Below are positions 18,589 through 30,196 of a DNA stretch of 64,000 nt, in pieces. Position numbers and translations under genes: made by a program. How positions within the stretch are numbered: the first letter of the stretch is position 1; each line of letters starts with the position of its first letter. Origin of the DNA: a phage; sequence record PX436236.1; one strand, given 5' to 3'. The notes below the pieces were generated by a model that was not told the DNA's origin, made no database searches, and saw nothing but the letters and a program-made list of their open reading frames with translations.

Positions 18589-21500
18589 ATGTCTGTACAA
18601 GCGCCTTATGTTACTAGTCTGAGAATTGATAAACTCTCGGCTAACCATGTGAGCATTCTTTGGGATGACGTAGGCGCCAACTTCTATTATTTCGTAGAAC
18701 TGGCCCAAACGAAGGATGCGGGTGTAGAAATTCCCGACGATAGATTATTTTGGAGAAATTTAGGTTACACCCCTAATAACGAATGGTTTGAAGAGGCATT
18801 CATTTCTCCTAATTCATTTTATAAAATGCGAGTTGCGGTGGCCGCCCAGGGGTTTGAGCAGTCCGAATGGGTTTACACTGAAGAATTTGAAACTTTCTCT
18901 ACCAACGCATATACATTTGAGCATATGCGCGAATTCACTTTGTCTAATAAATTTATTGAAGAAAAATTCACAAAAAATAATCAGAATTATGTGAACTTTA
19001 ATACCGATGCCATTATGGCTTCCTTAATGACGGAAGATTTTAACTTTACGCCAGCGTATTCGCATTTGTCATCTATATCAAATTATGTTTTAAAAGCCGA
19101 CCGTTTCCATGAAATCCAAGGAAGCATCCAAGCGGTTTGTAAAGACCCTAAACGTTCTATTTTAATGGAACTTGGTGGTGTACTTTACCTTTTAGAAAGA
19201 TTCCAAAGTACTGCTAAGGTTTCTAATGATAAAGGGCAGAACTGGCATTATATCCGTTTGTTTAATGACCGAGTAGGTAACCCTGTTTCGCGTACAGCAC
19301 ATTACCAAACTGAAACTACTACGTATGTTCTAGGTTATGACCAAATATTTTACGGACGTAAATCAAGTGATATTCGTTGGTCTGCTGATGATGTCCGTTT
19401 TAGCTCCCAAGATATAACATTTGCTAAAATAGGTAGTGATATCGACCTTCCATTTGAAATCGAGATATTTGGGTCATATGCAAAACTTCCTTTGCCTATT
19501 TCCACTATTGCTGAAGCTATATGCGCTTCTGATGATTTCATTTATGTTGCAGGTAGAGACAGAGTTTATAAAGCAAAAACATCTGAGGCACCTATAGACA
19601 CCGACCCTAGTTCTCCGACTTATGGAGAGAAGATATTTGAAAGCGGATATTCGACTATCACAGGGAACCCTAAAGCAGTTTGTTATAAATTAGATTCTAT
19701 CCAAGGCCATACATTTGCTTTAATTACAGGTGAAGTTAAAGAAGAAAAAATGGACCCTACGGTCGAATCCAATGTGGTTGATTCTGAATCCAAAGGTGTT
19801 TATTGGTTAGACACTTCAACTGATACATGGACCCGTGTATTTGGAAACACTGAAGAAGAACGTCGTCGTATAGAGCATGGATATACCAGCATGTCTACTG
19901 ATGGAGAGGAATTATTTTTCAGTTCAAGCAACTTTAGATATGAAGTAGAGGTTGATTCTGAGCTTCCTTTGGAATACCCTGAAATTGTCACCTCCGCCGT
20001 TAAATATGTTAAAGATGAACAATGGATTCACGATAAACATTATTTGATGATGAGTTTTAGGTCTAACTCTAAATCCGATTTCAAAGAATTTAAACCTGGG
20101 CGTATGGCTTATTATGCCGAACCATTCTTTAGTTGGTCTCGACGCGATGGAACCCGTTCATGGATTACCACCGGTGACCATGCGATGGTTGTTTATAACG
20201 ATGCTTTATACCAGAAAATTATCGACCTGAACAGTGGTTCTTCACCTGAACGTATTGTTCATGAGATTTGGAGTAAAGGTTTTTGTAAAGTCACATCTCC
20301 TAATATAGAGTTCAACGGCTTTAAGAAATATTCTTCTGGAATGATGATTCACAAATCTACAGGTGAATTGGTTGGATATTTTGAATTTGACTATCGCGTG
20401 CGTGATGAAGTCCGTGTTATTTGGAAGCCTAAAGAAATTATGTTTACGGCAGAATTGCAAAACCAAGAACATGAAATCCCGTGGAAACCTAAAGAGGAAG
20501 TTGGTGAGCAGGACCCAGACCTCCAGCCTTTACTGGTTAAAATGATTCCAGATAGTTATTTGCTTCAAGATAGCAACTTTGAAAAATTCTGTGAATACTA
20601 TCTCCAATTTATTAGTGATGGCTCAGGTACACACTATAATAATTTGTTGAATCTTATTCGTAACCAATACCCACGTGAAGAAGATTCATGGGAATATTTG
20701 TGGTCGGAAATCTATAAGCGTAATATCTATTTGTCGAAAGAAAAACGCGACGAAGTAGTTCGTTTTTTCCAGGCGCGCCAAACCGATTTTTGGTCTACAA
20801 AAGGTACCGAAGCTTCATATAAATTCCTGTTTAAATTGCTTTACAATGAAGATGTAGAAATTGATATCGAGTCCAAGAACTCTATCGAATATGATATCAT
20901 CGTAGAATCTGATAATATCAGTGAAGATATCGTAGGCCAAACGATTTATACTCCTACAGGTCGTAGTAATGTTACTTATATAGAACGAAATTACAAAGAT
21001 GGTAAACTGCAATGGCGTTTAACCATTCATAATCTTTTAGGTCGTTTTATAGTCGGACAGGAAATTAAATCTGAACGTACTTCGTTCAAGGGTATGATTG
21101 TTCAGGGCGTACGTGGTAAAGAGCTTTTGAGTAACAATATCGACTATATCAACCGTAACCGTTCTTATTATGTGATGACCATTAAGTCTAATCTCCCTAC
21201 TTCTCGTTATCGCAACGATGTTTTGAGATTTGTTCATCCAGTAGGTTTCGGCTTTGTAGGTATAACTTTGCTTTCTATGTTCGTTAACGTAGGTTTAACG
21301 CTAAAACATACAGAAACTATTATTAATATCCTTAAGAACTACAAATGGGACTCAGGTTTGCCATCTGAATGGTATGATAGAGTTGCTGTAATAGGTTTTG
21401 ATGGTAATATAGAACGAGACCCTAGAACAGGACTTCCGGTTTATAACGTTGGACCTAAAGCAGGAGAACCGTTTGATATCCCTGCAGATTATGATGCGGA

Positions 21501-21684
21501 AAATGATTTCTCTGTATTCCAAGGTCAATTACCACACGAACGTATTAAAAAGCATAGTCCATTGTTTGACCAAAGTGCTGTGACCTTTGCCAATTGGCGT
21601 GCACTGGTTGATAAGCGTCTTAAAGACGATATTGGAAATCCTAGAGACCCTAAAGTTCCAACTCAGGTAAAAATTAATGATTAA
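18589..21684 (+). CDS. 7: gp7 baseplate wedge protein
   Basis: 1031 aa (T4 gp7 1032 aa); collinear similarity. Confidence 0.9.
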   Translation: MSVQAPYVTSLRIDKLSANHVSILWDDVGANFYYFVELAQTKDAGVEIPDDRLFWRNLGYTPNNEWFEEAFISPNSFYKMRVAVAAQGFEQSEWVYTEEFETFSTNAYTFEHMREFTLSNKFIEEKFTKNNQNYVNFNTDAIMASLMTEDFNFTPAYSHLSSISNYVLKADRFHEIQGSIQAVCKDPKRSILMELGGVLYLLERFQSTAKVSNDKGQNWHYIRLFNDRVGNPVSRTAHYQTETTTYVLGYDQIFYGRKSSDIRWSADDVRFSSQDITFAKIGSDIDLPFEIEIFGSYAKLPLPISTIAEAICASDDFIYVAGRDRVYKAKTSEAPIDTDPSSPTYGEKIFESGYSTITGNPKAVCYKLDSIQGHTFALITGEVKEEKMDPTVESNVVDSESKGVYWLDTSTDTWTRVFGNTEEERRRIEHGYTSMSTDGEELFFSSSNFRYEVEVDSELPLEYPEIVTSAVKYVKDEQWIHDKHYLMMSFRSNSKSDFKEFKPGRMAYYAEPFFSWSRRDGTRSWITTGDHAMVVYNDALYQKIIDLNSGSSPERIVHEIWSKGFCKVTSPNIEFNGFKKYSSGMMIHKSTGELVGYFEFDYRVRDEVRVIWKPKEIMFTAELQNQEHEIPWKPKEEVGEQDPDLQPLLVKMIPDSYLLQDSNFEKFCEYYLQFISDGSGTHYNNLLNLIRNQYPREEDSWEYLWSEIYKRNIYLSKEKRDEVVRFFQARQTDFWSTKGTEASYKFLFKLLYNEDVEIDIESKNSIEYDIIVESDNISEDIVGQTIYTPTGRSNVTYIERNYKDGKLQWRLTIHNLLGRFIVGQEIKSERTSFKGMIVQGVRGKELLSNNIDYINRNRSYYVMTIKSNLPTSRYRNDVLRFVHPVGFGFVGITLLSMFVNVGLTLKHTETIINILKNYKWDSGLPSEWYDRVAVIGFDGNIERDPRTGLPVYNVGPKAGEPFDIPADYDAENDFSVFQGQLPHERIKKHSPLFDQSAVTFANWRALVDKRLKDDIGNPRDPKVPTQVKIND

Positions 21685-22681
21685 TTCTACAGTAGTTTAT
21701 CGTTCTATTGTTACTTCAAAATTTAGAACGGAAAAAATGTACAACTTTTACAGAACAATAGGTGATGGCGAAGACCAGAACACTATGTATGTATCTTTCG
21801 GAAGGGCCCGACCATGGGCCGATAACGAAAATGACCCAGGTTTTGCCCCGCCATATCCTGTAGATGATTCTGAAGGCGTAGAAGACGTCTGGACAAACAT
21901 GATGGGATGCGTTAAGGTTTATAAGAGCATGTTGGATTGTGTTGTCCCGCGCAAAGACTGGGGCGATACCTCTTATCCTAACCCATTTACTTTCCAGATT
22001 GGTGAAATTGTAGTGGCGAACAGCCAGCCGCAAAACCGTACTGATGTCGGTGCCGGGTGGATGGTTTATCGTTGTGTAGATATTCCAGAATCAGGTACAT
22101 GTTCTATTTTGTCCCTTGATAATAAAACCGAGTGTATTAAACTTGGTGGTAAATGGACTTCAAATGTACAGTCGGTTAAAGCCCCTGCAGGACAAGGCGA
22201 TACGGAAGGTATGGTTGATACGGGTGATGGGTATCTCTGGGAATATTTGTATGAGATTCCACCTGATGTAAGTATTAACCGTTGCACTAATGAATATATC
22301 GTGGTTCCATGGCCAGAAGAAATTGCCGAAGACCCGGAACGTTGGGGATACGAGAATAATCTTACTTGGCAGCAAGACGATTATGGATTGATTTATCGTA
22401 TTAAAGGCAATACCATTCGTTTTAAAGCATTCTTAGATTCAGTTTACTTCCCTGAATTTAGTCTTCCTGGTAACAAAGGATTTAGACAGCTTTCGATAAT
22501 CTCTAATCCATTAGAAGCTAAAGCTCACCCATCCGATCCGATCATTAAAGCCGAAAAAGAGTACTATGATGTTATAGACCTCTCCCGCCATTCAGGTGAA
22601 ATGATTTATATGGAAAACCGTCCTCCGGTTATTCGTTCCATGGACCAAACAGAAGAAATTAACATTATCTTCGAATTCTAA
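21677..22681 (+). CDS. 8: gp8 baseplate wedge protein
   Basis: 334 aa, same length as T4 gp8; high similarity. Confidence 0.9.
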   Translation: MINSTVVYRSIVTSKFRTEKMYNFYRTIGDGEDQNTMYVSFGRARPWADNENDPGFAPPYPVDDSEGVEDVWTNMMGCVKVYKSMLDCVVPRKDWGDTSYPNPFTFQIGEIVVANSQPQNRTDVGAGWMVYRCVDIPESGTCSILSLDNKTECIKLGGKWTSNVQSVKAPAGQGDTEGMVDTGDGYLWEYLYEIPPDVSINRCTNEYIVVPWPEEIAEDPERWGYENNLTWQQDDYGLIYRIKGNTIRFKAFLDSVYFPEFSLPGNKGFRQLSIISNPLEAKAHPSDPIIKAEKEYYDVIDLSRHSGEMIYMENRPPVIRSMDQTEEINIIFEF

Positions 22682-22684
22682 TAA

Positions 22685-22708
22685 GGGCCGCAAGGCCCTT
22701 TCGGGTTT
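22685..22708 (+). terminator. terminator hairpin after gp8
   Basis: GGGCC-GCAA-GGCCC then TTTCGGGTTT. Confidence 0.55.
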
Positions 22709-22742
22709 AATAAATACAGTATATCAATAATGAGGCATACCT

Positions 22743-23603
22743 ATGATTAAGCAAACTGGTAAAGAACTAATTGACGTCGGTGAAATTGGTAATGCCAGCA
22801 CCGGCGACATTCTTTATGATGGCGGTGTTAAACTGAACACTGACTTAAACAACATATATAATACTTTCGGCGACCAACGCAAAACTGCTTTAACTGGTGA
22901 ATTAACCGGTCAGAAATTACACGCTACAGGTTATTATCAAAAATTTGGTGATATGGACCAAGCAAGCTCAGTAGATTTAGGCTCTTTGGTGGATATCGAT
23001 GCTTCTACCGGTTCTATCGTATTAACCACTGTAAAAGGTGCAGTCGGTGAAGGAATCGAGATTATCAACTCTAACGGGAGTATTTCTTCCACTAATTATC
23101 TTGAAATCCGTATATTGGATACTTTTGCAAGCCATTCAACTTCGACTTTGCGTATCGTAACACCCTATACACGGGTTCTTTTATGGTGTGTATCGGATAC
23201 AAACGGCGTTGCAGTATGGGATTATTCAATTGAAAGTATGTTTGGTGATAAACGAGTTCCATTAAATAAGACATATAATATATCTTCTGTCGCTCGTGAT
23301 ATTCCGGTGGTTTATTCCGGCCAGTATTCATTGGTCAAACTTTTAGTTACGGCAGTGAATGCCAACGAAACCATTTACAAAGCTTCAGAATATCTTGTGT
23401 TTATCGACAACCAAGCTAAAAAGATTTATTCCACCGAATACGCTGTTATTAAACGTGGGCAAACTTCAGATGATGACGAAATTTATTCCCTAGATTTTAA
23501 ATTCGATACATCAAACTATATTATCGCGACCGCTTCTTCTGTCAATCCTATGAGGCTTGCAATTAAGGTCGTAGAAACCCAAACTATTGGAGTTCCAGTA
23601 TAA
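22743..23603 (+). CDS. 9: gp9 baseplate wedge / long-tail-fibre socket
   Basis: 286 aa; synteny. Confidence 0.85.
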   Translation: MIKQTGKELIDVGEIGNASTGDILYDGGVKLNTDLNNIYNTFGDQRKTALTGELTGQKLHATGYYQKFGDMDQASSVDLGSLVDIDASTGSIVLTTVKGAVGEGIEIINSNGSISSTNYLEIRILDTFASHSTSTLRIVTPYTRVLLWCVSDTNGVAVWDYSIESMFGDKRVPLNKTYNISSVARDIPVVYSGQYSLVKLLVTAVNANETIYKASEYLVFIDNQAKKIYSTEYAVIKRGQTSDDDEIYSLDFKFDTSNYIIATASSVNPMRLAIKVVETQTIGVPV

Positions 23604-25414
23604 TGAAACAAGACTTAAAAGTAGGTTCCGCTGTTGATGACGGGTCCGGTGATTACCTGCGTGCAGGTGGTCTTAAAATTAATAACAACTTCAATGAGCT
23701 TTATTACCAATTAGGTGATGGCAACAACCCTCATGCAGCAGGCGCTTGGAAACAGCATTCTACTGCAGATGGTGCTTTGTTGAACGCTGTAATGGGTCAT
23801 AGCTATACCCTTAATACTCAAGGCGGGCGTATTAACGTTCAGCTTCCTAAAGGCTCTCCTGAAGAATATAACTTTGTTATCCGTGTACGTGATGTGTATT
23901 CCTCATGGCAAGCTAACCCTGTAACCCTAATCCCTGCCACGGGTGATACCATTAAGGGTTCAGCTACTCAAGTAGAAATTGCTCGCAACTTCTCGGACCT
24001 TGAATTAGTTTATTGTGCCCCAGGACGATGGGAATACGTTGAAAATAAGCAAGTAAACCGTATTCCAAATAACGACCTCGCTACTGTAGCAACTAAGCAG
24101 TTTATTGCCACTGAAGGCCAAACAGATTTTCTAGACATTTTCCCAGGGCTTTCTTATAACGTAGCAAGTTTAAGCGTTTCGCAACGTGGTAACAATTTGT
24201 TCTACGGTGTTGATGATATTTTTGATGCGGCTACTGCAGAGTTCGGTTCTCCGGGTGCTCAACCAGGTGAATTGGTTGCCTTGAATGGTAAAGACATCCG
24301 TTTAAAATATCCTTGTGAAGCAGGTGATACTGTTATTATCAAATCATATAATGACGGGCTTGCTCAATGGCGCAGTTCTTATAACCGCCGTGATATAACA
24401 ATCCAAAGTTCAGAATTGACTAAAAACGTTTCTGTTCCTGGTTCTTCTTTCGTGGCTGATTTGAATACTTCGCATGTTATATCGGCCGCAGATTTGAATA
24501 TTTCTGTTAATAGTCCTATCAACCCAAATGCTTGCCAAGTTATGCTGAATAGCACATTACTTCATCAAGCTGGTACGGCAGGACTTCCTTCGTTTTATTG
24601 TGAAGGTGCTGATGGTCGTACTGCTACCGAGTGTTTTAATGCTGGTGGTCAATGGACCCAATCTAAATCAGACTATATTTTTAATTTGACTCCTGAAGAC
24701 AAGATTGAATCCATCGAATTTGGACGTAACTTTGAACATGGCGATATTCTTACAGTAATTTGGTACAATAATGATATCGGTACTACCATGGAAATTGATG
24801 AGATTTTGGATTATACCAACAACATCTATATTTCTAAAGGTCCATCGATTGATATAACAGGGCAGGTTCGTATTACTGATGTAGATAATCCTTTTGCACC
24901 TAACGTTGAACCGGTCGCCGCGTCCAATATTACAATAGATACAGCAGCAACGTTTTTTGATTTGGTCTATCCAATAGGAACCATCTATGAGAATACGGTG
25001 AACCCTAATAACCCTAAAACTTATATGGGCTTTGGTTCATGGAAGCGTTTATCTGATGTGTTCTTGGTAGGTTGGTCTCCAGACGCAGCTTCTTTGTTTA
25101 ATGCAAATAATAACGATCTGGATTCTGCTGGTATTCCACAGTCAACTGCCGGTGGTACTGGTGGTGCTCATGTGGCTAATTTGAAATATGAGAATATCCC
25201 TGAACTTAATACCGATGATAAAGTCCTTATTGCTGATAACGATGGCCCTATTTTTGTAGGTGGATGTTTAGTTGACCCTGATTCACAAGGACCGGCTTAT
25301 ACAAAATATCGTGAAGATAAAGCCAGTATTAATAAGGCTCAAGGAACCACTCCTATCCCGGTTAATACTCTACCACCATACTTAACTGTTCATCGCTGGA
25401 TGAGGATTGCATAA
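23603..25414 (+). CDS. 10: gp10 baseplate wedge protein
   Basis: 603 aa (T4 602); synteny. Confidence 0.85.
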   Translation: MKQDLKVGSAVDDGSGDYLRAGGLKINNNFNELYYQLGDGNNPHAAGAWKQHSTADGALLNAVMGHSYTLNTQGGRINVQLPKGSPEEYNFVIRVRDVYSSWQANPVTLIPATGDTIKGSATQVEIARNFSDLELVYCAPGRWEYVENKQVNRIPNNDLATVATKQFIATEGQTDFLDIFPGLSYNVASLSVSQRGNNLFYGVDDIFDAATAEFGSPGAQPGELVALNGKDIRLKYPCEAGDTVIIKSYNDGLAQWRSSYNRRDITIQSSELTKNVSVPGSSFVADLNTSHVISAADLNISVNSPINPNACQVMLNSTLLHQAGTAGLPSFYCEGADGRTATECFNAGGQWTQSKSDYIFNLTPEDKIESIEFGRNFEHGDILTVIWYNNDIGTTMEIDEILDYTNNIYISKGPSIDITGQVRITDVDNPFAPNVEPVAASNITIDTAATFFDLVYPIGTIYENTVNPNNPKTYMGFGSWKRLSDVFLVGWSPDAASLFNANNNDLDSAGIPQSTAGGTGGAHVANLKYENIPELNTDDKVLIADNDGPIFVGGCLVDPDSQGPAYTKYREDKASINKAQGTTPIPVNTLPPYLTVHRWMRIA

Positions 25415-26079
25415 TGACTTTAACTGAAATGAAAAGCGGGTTAAAATCCCGCTTAGCCGATTATTTGGAATTATCTTACACTAGTGACAAGCCTACTGCT
25501 GTCGCTGACCAACGTCCTATCGGTGGGCCTTCTGCAAACCAAACCCAGAAGGGTGTTTATTTTCCTACAGTCCAAAGTGCAATAGATGATATTGCATTTA
25601 GAACAGAGCTTCCTGTGAACTCTGTTATTATTACCACAGAAAACAGAGCACCTGGATTTATCCAGCAATCTGATAAAATTACATTTACCGGTTCTATTTC
25701 TTCAGGCGGTGAACTTGGCGACCCGGTTATTATTAAAGTGTTCGGACTTCCTGTAGAGGTCTTAGTTGGCGATTCATCTGTATTGGTTGCATCTAAAGTA
25801 AATGATGTGTTTTTAGACGCTATTGCTAATAGCTATATTTTAGCCGAAACTGCTATTGATGCCTTAGACCAATCTACCTTGAATATTAAATACAATGACT
25901 ATCAGAATCATATTTTTTCACCATATAAACAATCGGGTTGTACAATTTCCCATACTATAGTCCAACAGCCAAGGGCTGGATACGGTAAGTGGGAATACTT
26001 AGGTAACTCTACCCAATCGTTAGCAGGTGGTACAGTTAACGGCACGATTCCTTTATATTACTATAAGAGATTATATTAA
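25414..26079 (+). CDS. 11: gp11 baseplate wedge / short-tail-fibre attachment
   Basis: 221 aa (T4 219); synteny. Confidence 0.85.
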   Translation: MTLTEMKSGLKSRLADYLELSYTSDKPTAVADQRPIGGPSANQTQKGVYFPTVQSAIDDIAFRTELPVNSVIITTENRAPGFIQQSDKITFTGSISSGGELGDPVIIKVFGLPVEVLVGDSSVLVASKVNDVFLDAIANSYILAETAIDALDQSTLNIKYNDYQNHIFSPYKQSGCTISHTIVQQPRAGYGKWEYLGNSTQSLAGGTVNGTIPLYYYKRLY

Positions 26080-27605
26080 TGTCAACAAACACACTAAAAC
26101 ACATTAGTGATAAATCGGAATTCAAATCATTCGACCCTACTGGGTCGAATTTCCCGCCTGATATTACTAATGTTCAAGAAGCATTGGCAACTATTTCATT
26201 AATCGGCGTCACAGGTAATGTTCCTTCAGCTACAGAAACATCCCAAGGTATTATTCGTCTTGCAACCACACAAGAAGTAATGGATGGATTGGATGCTTAT
26301 AGTGCGGTGACTCCAGCAACTTTAAAAGCCCGTTTAGATATTCCTACTCAGGCAACAGAAACTTATGTAGGTATCACCCGTTATGCTACTAACGCTGAAG
26401 CTATAGCAGGCACAGAGCCCCAGGCTGCAATCGTAGCAACCTCTTTGAAAGCGGTAATGGATTATACATTTGAGAACCGTTTATCAACAGAGAACGCTAC
26501 AGGCGTTATCAAGATTTCAACTACACCTGCCGCATTAGCTGGTACCGATGATACCACAGCAATGACCCCACTTAAAGTATCTCAGGCAATTGGTGCAGCG
26601 ACGGCCGCGTTACCGGTTTATTCTACAGCAACGACTACAAATGAAGGTTTAGTTCGTTTAGCGACCAATGCAGAGGTTGGTAATGGAAGTCTTTCGGTAG
26701 GTATCGCTATTTCTCCGGCAGGATTAGCCACATTAACTTCCACCGAAGAACGAAGCGGTATTATTAAACTCGCAGGTTGGGATATGGTATCTAATGGTAC
26801 CGACCATACCGCCGCAGTTACACCGGCTTCTTTGTTAGCTCGCACGGGTAATACTGGACGTATTGGGTTGGTTCGTTTATCTACTACTGTAGGCCAAGGC
26901 GATGGTAATACGGCGCTGGCTTATAATGCTAACGTTATTTCTACTTCAGGCGGCGAAATATGGGGTACTTTAAACGTTAATGGAGCATTACGTCGTAATG
27001 GTGTTGATGTTGTTACCCATGACCAATTATCAGATAGCGTTCCGGTGGGTACTATTTGCATGTGGGGTGGCAATGAAGGTAATATACCTGGTAAATGGCG
27101 TGCTTGTGTAGGTGGGACTTACACTGGTGGTGCATATTTAAATGCTGTTGGTGGGCGTTGGGGATGGTGGGGTGCTATTCCAGATTTCCGTGGATTATAT
27201 CCTCGTGGCGCTAACATGGTCGGTGGATATTCTGAAGGCGAAGTTAACCCGCATATTGCCGGTAACCGAGGAGAAGACGGTAAAGGTAAAGCCCGTTTAG
27301 GTAATGGTGTTGGTTCTTTCCCGCAATCTTCCGTTCAAGCCCAAGCATTACGTTATCATAAACATGCTGGTGGTTTTGGTGAACATGATAACTATGGCGC
27401 TTTTGGTAACACCGCTAACTCCGGATATGTTGGTACTCGTAAAGGCCTTGACTGGGATAACCGTAGTTATTATACCAACGAAGGTTTTGAGACCACCGAT
27501 CCTTGGAACCGTGATGGACATACCACATTGAATAGTGAAGGTCTTATTGCCAACGAAACACGTCCATGGACAATGTCCGTTCTTTTTATTATTAAAGTAG
27601 AATAA
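26079..27605 (+). CDS. 12: gp12 short tail fibre
   Basis: 508 aa; Gly/Thr/Ala-rich repeats; synteny. Confidence 0.85.
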   Translation: MSTNTLKHISDKSEFKSFDPTGSNFPPDITNVQEALATISLIGVTGNVPSATETSQGIIRLATTQEVMDGLDAYSAVTPATLKARLDIPTQATETYVGITRYATNAEAIAGTEPQAAIVATSLKAVMDYTFENRLSTENATGVIKISTTPAALAGTDDTTAMTPLKVSQAIGAATAALPVYSTATTTNEGLVRLATNAEVGNGSLSVGIAISPAGLATLTSTEERSGIIKLAGWDMVSNGTDHTAAVTPASLLARTGNTGRIGLVRLSTTVGQGDGNTALAYNANVISTSGGEIWGTLNVNGALRRNGVDVVTHDQLSDSVPVGTICMWGGNEGNIPGKWRACVGGTYTGGAYLNAVGGRWGWWGAIPDFRGLYPRGANMVGGYSEGEVNPHIAGNRGEDGKGKARLGNGVGSFPQSSVQAQALRYHKHAGGFGEHDNYGAFGNTANSGYVGTRKGLDWDNRSYYTNEGFETTDPWNRDGHTTLNSEGLIANETRPWTMSVLFIIKVE

Positions 27606-27614
27606 GGGTAAAAA

Positions 27615-29204
27615 ATGATTAACAAATTGGAACTTAGTGAGTTACCATTTGTTGACGGCGTACCTGATGCTCCTCAAAAGCGTATCCAATGGATACGCGA
27701 GGGTGATTGTATGTCTGCAGCAAAAACAAAATATGGCAATGAAGGTAATTTGAACGCTGCTGCTTTAGGAGTTCAGAAAAACGTTGAAGCTCTTGATGCG
27801 AATGATTTGAAAACCGCAGATAAAGTTAACGAACTGGTAGAAAACGTTAATAATATCAATGATGCCTTAGAAATGGCTACGGATATTTCCGTCATCCAAC
27901 AAATTGAGAAAAACCGTGTTGATATCGTAGAGCTTAAGAGAGTAGAAGGCGAAACCACTACTGGGCTAAACAATTTAACCATAAATTTAGACCACCTAAA
28001 AGAAGACGTTGGTTACCATGACCCTTTACAAGATGGCCCATATTTAACTGTACGTGAAAATATTGTTCTTCTTAAAACCGAAATAGGTCATTATGAAAAC
28101 CAGGATATAAATGGTAATCCGTTGCCTCCTGGTGAAACCAGCGAAGCCACCGGTATGAAACGTCGCATCATTGATAATACCACCCAATTGGTCGACCATC
28201 GTCTTCGCATTGATACCCTTGAAAGGAATTATGAAGATTCTGACGTCGGGCAACTAGGTATTAAATTAAATGAAATTCGTGCTGAACTTGGGCCCCATTC
28301 CGATACGGTAGGTAAACAACAGGCTTATACCCGAATTTCTGTATTAGAAACGGCTGCAATTAATTTCAATACATCTATCGACGAAATTAAGACTAATATT
28401 GATTTCTCCGGTATGCCTATAAAGGACCGAGTAACTACTTTAGAAAGCAAAACTCTTACCCTAGAAAATTCAGTCAACGTTGATTTAAAACCTCGTGTAA
28501 CATCAATTGAAACCCAAATAGGTTCTGAATCAACTCCTACTTCTATTAATGGACGTTTAAGCGGCCTTCGTACTGATGTAAATGACCTTAAAACCATAGT
28601 GGGTGTTAGTTCAAGTGATGGCTTACGTTTCCAAGTTACTGATATCAACCGCCGTTTAGGTAGTGAAGTATCTCCGGCAGCTGGGACCATTAATAAGCGT
28701 TTAAATGACGTTATTATCCAAGCAAACCAATCTACTTCATCTATCCAGGATATTCAAGTAGAAATTGGAAATAACCAATCCGGTATTAAGGGTACTTTAC
28801 TTAAACTCACCAATAAGGTTGACGGGACAAACCCTAACGGTACTACTGTAGAAGAACGTGGTCTTATTAACGCGGTTACTTCTTTAGAAACCCAGATGTT
28901 AGGTAAGTTGAATGATGCCCCTTCCGATGGTAAGCTTTATGCTCGTCGTAATGCTACGTGGACCGAAGTTCCTAACGTTTCTACTGAAATAGGGACCGTT
29001 AAAGCTGATTTAGTTGTTACCGATGGTAATGTGGCAGCTTTAACTTCTAGAGTTACTACAGCAGAAGATAAAATCACTGCATTAGAAACTGAACTTGCTA
29101 AACGTCCACCAGTGGCTCCAGTTGCTGATGGACTTCCATATGTTCTTGTTGATAATGCGTGGGTGCTATTGTCAGATTTTGTGACTTTAAACCCAGCACC
29201 ATAA
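27615..29204 (+). CDS. wac: fibritin (whisker antigen control)
   Basis: 529 aa coiled-coil; C-terminal foldon-like GLPYVLVDNAWVLLSDF. Confidence 0.85.
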   Translation: MINKLELSELPFVDGVPDAPQKRIQWIREGDCMSAAKTKYGNEGNLNAAALGVQKNVEALDANDLKTADKVNELVENVNNINDALEMATDISVIQQIEKNRVDIVELKRVEGETTTGLNNLTINLDHLKEDVGYHDPLQDGPYLTVRENIVLLKTEIGHYENQDINGNPLPPGETSEATGMKRRIIDNTTQLVDHRLRIDTLERNYEDSDVGQLGIKLNEIRAELGPHSDTVGKQQAYTRISVLETAAINFNTSIDEIKTNIDFSGMPIKDRVTTLESKTLTLENSVNVDLKPRVTSIETQIGSESTPTSINGRLSGLRTDVNDLKTIVGVSSSDGLRFQVTDINRRLGSEVSPAAGTINKRLNDVIIQANQSTSSIQDIQVEIGNNQSGIKGTLLKLTNKVDGTNPNGTTVEERGLINAVTSLETQMLGKLNDAPSDGKLYARRNATWTEVPNVSTEIGTVKADLVVTDGNVAALTSRVTTAEDKITALETELAKRPPVAPVADGLPYVLVDNAWVLLSDFVTLNPAP

Positions 29205-29206
29205 TA

Positions 29207-29227
29207 AAAGGGCTTCGGCCCTTTTTT
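29207..29227 (+). terminator. intrinsic terminator after wac
   Basis: GGGC-TTCG-GCCC hairpin then TTTTTT. Confidence 0.7.
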
Positions 29228-29229
29228 GC

Positions 29230-29237
29230 TATAAATA
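29230..29237 (+). promoter_or_regulatory. late promoter (TATAAATA) for gp13
   Basis: TATAAATA 22 nt upstream of ATG 29259. Confidence 0.65.
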
Positions 29238-29258
29238 CGGTTATTAGAGGAATAAACC

Positions 29259-30194
29259 ATGGCAAGTGAATCATATAACCCTAAGCAACTCAAGGACGCA
29301 ATCCTGCGCCGCCTGGGTGCACCGATTACGAATATTGAAGTAACTACAGACCAAGTATACGATTGCATCCAGCGCGCCCTGGAGCTCTACGGTGAGTATC
29401 ATTATAACGGCTATAACAAAGGTTATCAGGCTTTTTATATAGGCCATGATGACGAAGAAAAATTCCGTAACGGCGTATTTGACCTTAAAGGCCGTAATAT
29501 ATTTGCAGTAACACAAATTTTAAGAACTAATGTAGGTTCTTTAACATCTATGGATGGCCAAGCGACTTATCCATGGTTTACTGATTTTGTATTAGGCCTA
29601 GCTGGTATTAACGGCGGTCTTGGAACTTCTTGTAACAGCTTTGGGCCTAATGCCTTTGGTGCTGACCTCGGGTATTTTACACAATTAATGCAATATCGTT
29701 CTATGATGCAGGACCTTTTGGTTCCATTGCCTGATTATTGGTATAACGATGCCACTGAACAGTTGAAGGTAATGGGTAACTTTGTTAAAGGCGATTTTAT
29801 TGTAATTGAAGTTTATACTCGCTCTTTTAATGGGGTCGATTCTATGGTAGGAAATACCGCAGGATATGGATATGCCTCTGGTGGGTGCGACGAAAATGAA
29901 TGGAGCCCCGGAGCTATTTGGGATAACCCGGCTCGTCGTATTTCAGGTATGAGGGCAGGTGAAGACCTTGGTTTGCAAGATGGTTCATATAATAACCGTT
30001 GGGTCAAAGATTATGCGACGGCATTGGTTAAAGAAGTCAATGGTAATATTTTGGCCAAACACCAAGGCATGCAACTTGCGGGTGGAACCACTGTAGATGG
30101 TATTCGATTGATTGAAGAAGCTCGTTTAGAAAAAGAACGCCTTCGCGAAGAATTAGATTTACTCGACCCACCAACACCTATTTTAATTGGATAA
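29259..30194 (+). CDS. 13: gp13 neck protein
   Basis: 311 aa (T4 309); late promoter upstream. Confidence 0.85.
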   Translation: MASESYNPKQLKDAILRRLGAPITNIEVTTDQVYDCIQRALELYGEYHYNGYNKGYQAFYIGHDDEEKFRNGVFDLKGRNIFAVTQILRTNVGSLTSMDGQATYPWFTDFVLGLAGINGGLGTSCNSFGPNAFGADLGYFTQLMQYRSMMQDLLVPLPDYWYNDATEQLKVMGNFVKGDFIVIEVYTRSFNGVDSMVGNTAGYGYASGGCDENEWSPGAIWDNPARRISGMRAGEDLGLQDGSYNNRWVKDYATALVKEVNGNILAKHQGMQLAGGTTVDGIRLIEEARLEKERLREELDLLDPPTPILIG

Positions 30195-30196
30195 TT